Shown in pieces: positions 56,355 to 64,000 of a stretch of 64,000 nt of DNA. The stretch lies in NCBI GenBank assembly GCA_951406725.2, contig OX597821.1:66526001-66590000 (forward strand), written 5' to 3'. Under the pieces are notes generated by a model. It was not told the DNA's origin. It saw only the letters and a program-made list of their open reading frames with translations, and made no database searches. The position numbers were made by a program, and so were the translations under genes. How positions within the stretch are numbered: the stretch's first letter is position 1; every line of letters begins with the position of its first letter. Source of the DNA: Octopus vulgaris (Eukaryota).

Positions 56355-56737
56355 GTGGAGGCGCAATAGCCCAGTGGTTAGGGCAGCGGACTCGCGGTTG
56401 TAGGACCGAGATTTCGATTCCCAGACCGGAAAATGTGAGTCTTTATTGAGCGAAAACGCCTAAAGCTCCACAAGGCTTGATCAGGGGATTGGCGAACACT
56501 GCTGTATTCTTTCACCTCAACTTTCTCTCACTCTTTCTTCCTGTTTCTCTAGTACCTGCATTTCCAAGAGCCACCCTTATCGCACTCTGTGTCACGCTGA
56601 ATTCCCCCCCGAGAACTACGTTAAGGGTTCACGTGTCTGTGGAGTGTTCAGTCACTTGCACGTTAATTTTGACGAGCAGGCTGTTCCGTTGATCGGATCA
56701 ACTGGAAACCCCGACGTTGTAACCCACGGAGTACCAC
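56355..56737 (+). mobile_element. tRNA-derived SINE family C (tail type 2)
   Basis: Head and body match 15812-16096(-) up to caactttctctcactcttt; different 3' tail shared with 22047-22173. Confidence 0.85.
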
Positions 56738-57103
56738 GATATACATATATATGTATATAGATATAAAGTGAGACACCACTTTATGTATGAATGTACCTGA
56801 TAAGACCCAAACTGCAAAATGGATGCTATACAACATGTTGAACGGGGTCCCACTTGTAAGGGACAGTAGCAAGATGGGTCAAAACGATAGCCGTACAAAA
56901 GAAAGATAAATGCCAAATTCATCATTTGGTTACTTGATCAATTATTATTATCACAACTAATACCGCGGAGTTCCTGAATTATATCCAAAGGGAATATACT
57001 GAACTGCAGATGACATAAGGTAGCCCAAACCGTTAGTCTGCTCTACTCTGCACTTCAACACACTAATCGACATATATATAAATGTATATATAAAGAGGGA
57101 GAG

Positions 57104-57152
<49 letters not shown>

Positions 57153-57449
57153 GTAATATTTGTATCCACTTCCACATGCCTGTCTGTTCGAACGAACTCT
57201 ACTGCGATTTTTTTAACACCAAGAAGACATCTCCTCCAGCTGTTTGACGATGCAAAGCTGCATCTGATGAATTGCAAGCAGGGGAGCGATCTCCTACCAC
57301 CTTCTAGCAACGGGACCAATAGACCAGGACGCAGTGGAGTCTGTTTAAGCGGACAGCGATGTTGAAGTGGCATCAAATCTTACTTGATAGTACAACTGCT
57401 TCATTGATATCTTAGAGATATTTTAGAACTCACATTTTTGATTATATAT

Positions 57450-57785
57450 ATGTGCGTGTGTGTGTGTGTGTGTGTCATTGTGTCTGTGTTTGCTCCCACC
57501 ACCGCTTCACTACTATATTGGCTTGTCTACGCTTACTGTAACCTAGCGATTCGGCAAAACGTACCGATAGAATAAGTATCAAGCTTTAAAAGAAAAAAGC
57601 CCTAGCATCGATTTCTTCAACTGAAAACCCAATAAGGTGATGCTGCAGCATGGTCACAGTCAAATGACAGGAAAAAATAAAAGATATGCATAAAAAGAGG
57701 TGCTCTAAGGAAAAAAAACGGTACTCCAGCATGGCCGCTGTCAAATAACCGAAGCAAATAAAAGAATTAAAGAATAAAAGAATAA
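57450..57785 (+). mobile_element. SINE family A 3' half with duplicated tail
   Basis: accgatagaataagta; cagcatggYc..gtcaaat occurs twice. Confidence 0.75.
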
Positions 57786-58004
57786 GCACATACATATGTA
57801 CATATGTACACACACACAACACACGCATTCACACACTTACACACTCACACACACATATGAGTATCTGTGCGTGTGTGTGTGTGTGTATGCGTTCGCAGAG
57901 TTACACAAAGGATTTGACACTGCAACTACCAGTGTTAGCCATGTCCATTCTTCTAAAATGACAACATATATACATGAATATGTACAAAGCTGCTTACACA
58001 CACA

Positions 58005-58049
<45 letters not shown>

Positions 58050-58597
58050 ACATATATAGACACACAGAGAAATAAGTACACACATACGTACATCAGTTAT
58101 ACAACACGCCATGACAAAACATTCACATACGGCCACGCGGCACATGATCACCCATGTAACCCACCAGTTAAGCAAAATCTTGGGAATCTGATTTGGAAGG
58201 CAAAATAAAAAAAAAATAAAAAATTAAGAACATAAAAAATACAGAAAGAAAAATGAAAAATAATTTGGTAAAAAAAACCCCACAAAATCTAAAGAAGTGA
58301 ATAAATCATCTAAAGAAATAAAATAATAAATAAATAAAAATATACTTAAGTCAAAGACAACTTAAAAGTAATACATTAATAGCAATTAGATCTAATCATG
58401 TTTATTAGTGCATAAACACATACATGTGTACATACATACATTCATACATATAAAGATATATACATATATATATACATATACACACATATATATATATGTA
58501 TATATCTATATGCACGTAAGTATGTATGTATATTTAGAAATGCACGCAAGTGTGCGGGTGTGTTGTACTTACGCACACACATCTATGTGTGGGTGTG

Positions 58598-58639
<42 letters not shown>

Positions 58640-58663
58640 GATTTTATGAACGTATAAGCAGAA

Positions 58664-58734
<71 letters not shown>

Positions 58735-58780
58735 TACATATATACATACATATACATAAATATATATACATAATATAAAC

Positions 58781-58811
<31 letters not shown>

Positions 58812-59135
58812 CATACAATATATACATACATGCGTACATGCATACATACATACATACGTACGTACATACATACATGCATACATACATACATAGATACATA
58901 CATACATGCATGCATACATACATACATACATACATACATACATACATACATACATACATACACACCATTAACATTCTTCTAATTTTATGATCTCAATTTA
59001 GTGTAATTTTGATTTATTTTTTGTTTCAGTTTCTTTTTGTTCTCGTACTTTGATGGTGTCTGGAAAATTGTAATCAAAATTAAACAGCTCTAAATAATTT
59101 TTGTCCTCCTTAGAAATAATAATAATAGTAATAAT

Positions 59136-59221
<86 letters not shown>

Positions 59222-59235
59222 TGATGATAATAATA

Positions 59236-59608
59236 CTACTCATTGAAATTGAGAAAATGTGGCATCTCAAGGCGGTTACAATACCAGTGATCGTAGGAGC
59301 ACTAAGAATGATCAAGAAGGGAACCGAAAATTATATGAGAATGATCCCTGGCTTACCATCCCTGCAAGAAGTGCAAAATATTGTCTTAACTGGTACATCA
59401 CACGTATTGAGAAGAGCATTGTCGATGTGAGAACTGTTGCTGCTCATGTATTTTAATTTAACTTTAAAAAAAAAAAAAAAAAATGAACGAACTATTGAGT
59501 TTGGTTTAATGGCCTACCAATGTATACTATGAGTTTCTTTGCCCTAGGAGTCGGGAAGACACTCGGCAAGAAATGGAAGCAAATTTGAAAGAAGAAAAAA
59601 AAAGTAAA
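59236..59608 (+). mobile_element. 5'-truncated R4/Dong-like (RLE) non-LTR retrotransposon 3' end inserted in (TAA)n
   Basis: IEIEKMWHLKAVTIPVIVGALRMIKKGTENYMRMIPGLPSLQEVQNIVLTGTSHVLRRALSM* matches the R4-clade C-terminus (IPVVIGALG..QK..LLGT..ILR); flanked on both sides by (AAT)n. Confidence 0.75.
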
Positions 59609-59613
59609 AATAA

Positions 59614-59757
<144 letters not shown>

Positions 59758-59794
59758 TAATAATAATAATAATGATAATAATAATACTTTCTAC

Positions 59795-59990
59795 TATAGG
59801 CACAAGGCCTGTAATTTGTGGTGAGAGGGATAGTCGATGACATCGATACCAGTGCTCTGCTGGTATTCATTTTATCGACTCCAGAGGAACGAAAGGCTAA
59901 GTCAATAATTTGAACTCAGAACGTAACTACAGACGAAATAACGCTAAGTATTTTCGGCCGGCATGCAAATGATTCTGCCAGCATCTCGCC
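59795..59990 (-). mobile_element. SINE family B
   Basis: ttgaactcagaacg..cagacgaaata..gattctgccagc. Confidence 0.8.
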
Positions 59991-60726
59991 AACTTTGAGA
60001 AGTGTAGCTGCTTCGGTGCTGAATATTAATAAAAACTACAGCAACAATAATAATGGTTTCGGAAATAGATAAGGAAACTTGAAATATTGAGGCTATAATC
60101 ATACCGGTACTTGACTGGCTCTTATATTATCGAGGATGAACGCTTAGCATTTTCTCTTGTACATTAAGGAATCTGTCAGCTCCTCAGACCAAAGTGCTAT
60201 GCTTTAGTAAGTTTGCCTTTCATGTATTAGGAGGTGGAGTCGATGAAATAAAGTACCAGTGAAGCACAGGCATTGATGTATCGACCTTTTCGATTCCCTC
60301 TAAATTACTGGACCCATGCCAGAATTATTTTTATTAAAGACCTGTCCTTAGGTATAAAGATAAGTTAATGCAATCACTAAAATCTATATAACTCAACTTG
60401 ACATTTTGGGTAAGGCGTTGACTAGATCGATCTGCATGGCATAAAGTGTGTCACGATGCATCAAATTAATTTCAAATGAAGAAAAAAGGACAGTAAAAGA
60501 ATTCTATTCTGTAACCAAAAGACACATTTGTCCAATTTCATGCAAAATCAAAATCATCATTTGCCCCCTGGACTCAAATTACATTCACGCATCCATCACA
60601 AATAGATGCAGCTTCTTAGATTTTTTAAAAGTTGTTTTCTCTTTCCCTCTTCCCCCACCCCTATTACTGTCTTTAACTTTAAATCTTGTCGTTCAAACAC
60701 TCATACATCGAAACAGACAGGAGCGA

Positions 60727-60907
60727 CCATCATCACCATCATCATCATCAACATCACCACCATGATCATCATGATCATCACCATCATCACCATCAACACC
60801 ACCATCATCATCACCACCACCACCACCACCATCACATTACCACACCACCACCACCACCACCATCATCATCGTTGTCGTCCTCGTCATCATCATCATCATC
60901 ATCACCA
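60727..60907. repeat. (CAT)/(CAC) trinucleotide repeat
   Basis: Direct inspection; source of the poly-His ORFs. Confidence 0.95.
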
Positions 60908-61478
60908 TTATTGAGTGAGAGAGCAATGCATGTCAACAAAGTGACACTGGAGCATAAATATACGAAGGCCAATATAACGAAGATGACTACCCGTCGGATA
61001 AGGGTACACTAGGCACATGCATCACAACGATATGTTTGCAACATGGTGGTCTCATATCAAGATAAACAGTACATGACCTTGCAGGTGGGGCCCAGCTAGA
61101 ATTTTCTTCAGGTGGAGTAGCCCAACCTGCTCAAAAGGTCTCTGAATAAGGCTTGTTTAAGGATGATGAACAAAACACCCACGTTTCCAGAGGGGAATTA
61201 TTCAAACCCCAAAGAATACCTCGCATTATATGATTATGATGCTCCTCCACTAGTCCTGCTCGTGATCAAAGATGCATATACTGCTAACCACCAAGGGACA
61301 TGCTCAACTGGTTAAGGTGAAGCAATTTAAAAGCGAATCTGTGGTATTGAGCAGAATATTTGTTGTAACCTATCTTTTATGTCAAGACAAAACAATGTAC
61401 ATGACAACACTTCCACACTTCCAATCAGTTAAAATGAGAAGGCATGGAGTCACTGCTTGGTACTGCATCATGGTATTT

Positions 61479-61567
<89 letters not shown>

Positions 61568-61569
<2 letters not shown>

Positions 61570-61785
61570 CTGTGAGGTGGCGAAATCGTTAGAACGCCGG
61601 ATAAAATGTTAAGCGGCATGTTGTCCGTGCTTACGCGGTGAGCTCAAATTCTACCGAGGTTGTCTTTGCTTTTCATTCTTTCCGGGGTTGATAAATTAAG
61701 TATCAGTTAAACACTGGTGTGGATGCAATTGACTTGCTCCCTCTCCCGAAATTGCTGGCATTGTGCCAAAATTCGAAACCATTAT
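61568..61785 (+). mobile_element. SINE family B
   Basis: ggctgtgaggtggcgaaatcgttag..gagctcaaatt..ggggttgataaattaagta. Confidence 0.8.
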
Positions 61786-62659
61786 TATCATTACTTTTTT
61801 ATTACTATTATTGTTATAGTTGTTGATGTTGTTGTTGTTGCTGGTGTTCTTTTTGTTGCTGTTATAAGCTGAAGTGAAAGGACGTCTCCCAGACAACTCC
61901 GTCAAAAGAAAATCTTAATCGGTTACGTTTGAAAAAGATTAGAGCGCTTTGTATTTTGGTTTTTTTTTTTTTTGCTTTTATTTTTTGTTGCTGCTGTTTT
62001 TCTTTCACTTGAGTTAACACTTCGGATAGTTTGTAGTTCATTCCTACACCTCGGGTAGAAGAAACTCTTGTTGCCATGCTGTACATTTTTAATTGAGTAT
62101 ATGTGTTTGTGTTTGTGTGTGTGTGTGTGTTTGCGTGCGCGTGTGGGTATTTAGTTGAGTGTGTGTTCAAATTGTCATTTTCAAAATAATATATACTTGT
62201 ATTTCTAGCCATAATGGTTGTAACAGTAAACTCTATGATGTAAACAAACACGCCTACAAAATTATTTTCAGTCGAAAAAGAAACAGAAATTTTCAAAGAA
62301 ATAACAGACAATGAAAATATTCGTAATATAAACAGAGTTTGAAGATTAAACATTTACAATGAAAGACACTAATAAAAATAGTATTTGAAATTGTGATTGC
62401 TTAAGAAAAAGTTTGTACGATCAGCAACAACAGAACACACTAAAATCAATTCCTCATTCACAAATATTGTGCATTAAACGAATATACTCCACTTCGGCAA
62501 CTGCTAATAGAAAGAGAAGGGTTGAACAAGGTATGTTACAAAAGCAGTGCTTCTTTGCCTGACGTTTATATCCGCGAATAGGTGAGGGGTAATGTTACGT
62601 CACCGCATTTTTAAAAGCCTAACGAGCATGCATGTGTCCTTGAAAAAGGTGTCGAAGTG

Positions 62660-63110
62660 AACACTGCATGACGAGTGACAAGATACGTAACTTCTCGGTT
62701 GGAAAAGGATACTTGGAATTCTGCGCAGGGGGCGTTTTCCGACAGTCTTATACCACTCTATTGATCACCAAACTGACTTCCAGCGAGGTGTGTAAATAGA
62801 AGGAGTTTGCCTGGAGCTCCAAGTTCAGATGACTGTTTTTGACCATAAGCTTATTCTGTACATAAATAGCAGAATTGGCATAAAGAAGAATGATTATTTG
62901 CTATTCCAAGTGTCGTAGTATATGTCATTTGATGGGCTTCTGGGCACAAAAATACGTGATGAGAAATAAGAGCGGCACCAGAATTAGCAGAACTATGAAG
63001 AACAAACGCGATAGGTGAAAAGCGCCGAGATTGATATTACTGTATTTAAAGCATAACCGTTTTCATCTCCAGTCGTCGCAAAATTTTAAGGAAACGCAAT
63101 TTCCCTATCT
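62660..63110 (-). pseudogene. Possible decayed L1/Tx1-like RT remnant
   Basis: Minus fragments KILRRL, SGAALIS, MVKNSHL, EVTYLV occur in the order of KILxxRL..GAALIxLD..VNGxL..DDVTxxV. Confidence 0.3.
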
Positions 63111-63940
63111 TTAATAACACAAGAGTCAGGGGCCAAGGAATCGAAGGAATCTTCTCCCTGTCTAGTTCAGGATCAATCAGACGACTATAAGCAGAAGCTT
63201 CACTGTTGAATCGCTGGGGAGGAGGTAGAGACTAGAATAGAGTAAAACCTGACGAATATTACAAGAAAAGGACGAAGAAACAAATTTGACAAACGAAGGA
63301 CTAGGTCTCCATCACGGAGGATCACTCACTGCCGCTGTATGCAGTCTATTTGTTTTGATGCTGATCATAATAGGGACTTATTAAATACTGTGCTGATTAA
63401 GAATGTTTGTGTTGCTTTTGTGACTCATTTTTAACTTGTCTTTATACATTCTATTATGTCCTTGCTCCACCTGTGTATATATGTATATATATATGTGCAT
63501 ACCCTATATACAATTTTAATCACTTTTGAGGTCCTGTTTTGGTTAATATTGGAAGGCCCAGTTAAATTACTATTTGTTCCAATACTTTACCGATTTTGTA
63601 AAAATTTCACTGAGGTACAATTTGGCACCCAAGCATCCGGAGTTGATAAATACCTGTCAACTAGTGTTTCGACAAACTGCCCTCCTCTCAAACACGGATC
63701 CGGAATCTGTGGAGGTGATTGCATTACCACCTGTCCTCAGTGTTTTCAAACAGAAAACCGATGAGGAAAGCTAATCAAGGAGCCAAAATTCATGTATTTG
63801 ATACGTAGCCCTACAACTAAGTCGAAAATAAGGAAGTTGAGGTATACATTCCCTGACTGTTGACACAAAATACAAATACTGAGGATACTCTTTGCGGATG
63901 TAACTGTAGACGTCAAACGCTTGTCTGTTGGTTTATGTTG

Positions 63941-64000
<60 letters not shown>

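Noticed and set aside
57160-57380. Possible Tx1-like LINE fragment (PLLEGG..PCL) on minus strand
   Set aside because: Single weak motif only.
60686-61012. His-rich protein
   Set aside because: (CAT/CAC)n microsatellite; the adjacent 60910-61475 block is probably an interspersed repeat but has no second copy here to support a call.
63655-63745. Minus-strand CUGAG-GACAG..UUGUC-GAAACACUAGUU
   Set aside because: 5' core is two nucleotides short and there is no stem I; possibly a decayed member but unsupported.

Overview
AT-rich, repeat-saturated eukaryotic non-coding DNA. The SINE families and very high microsatellite load look like an octopus (coleoid cephalopod) genome; this is an inference from repeat recognition, not a database result. 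I find no supportable intact host gene: almost all ORFs in the track are translations of (TA)n, (CA)n, (CTAT)n and (AAT)n microsatellites or of SINEs. The window holds more than 30 tRNA-derived SINE copies from at least 4 families, a decayed Penelope-like element (RT + GIY-YIG) split by a Tc1/mariner insertion, a near full-length decayed Tc1/mariner, hAT, piggyBac and pogo-like MITEs, a tandem non-autonomous Helitron pair, and 3' fragments of RTE-, CR1-group- and R4/Dong-like LINEs. The most striking signal is about 10 unrelated short elements embedded in (TA)n or (AAT)n tracts. Each carries a minimal type-I hammerhead-ribozyme-like motif (CUGAnGA..stem II..GAAA + palindromic stem III + NUH), often as an inverted pair, and several share the same non-canonical core variants. 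All coordinates and alignments were read by eye, so boundaries are approximate.
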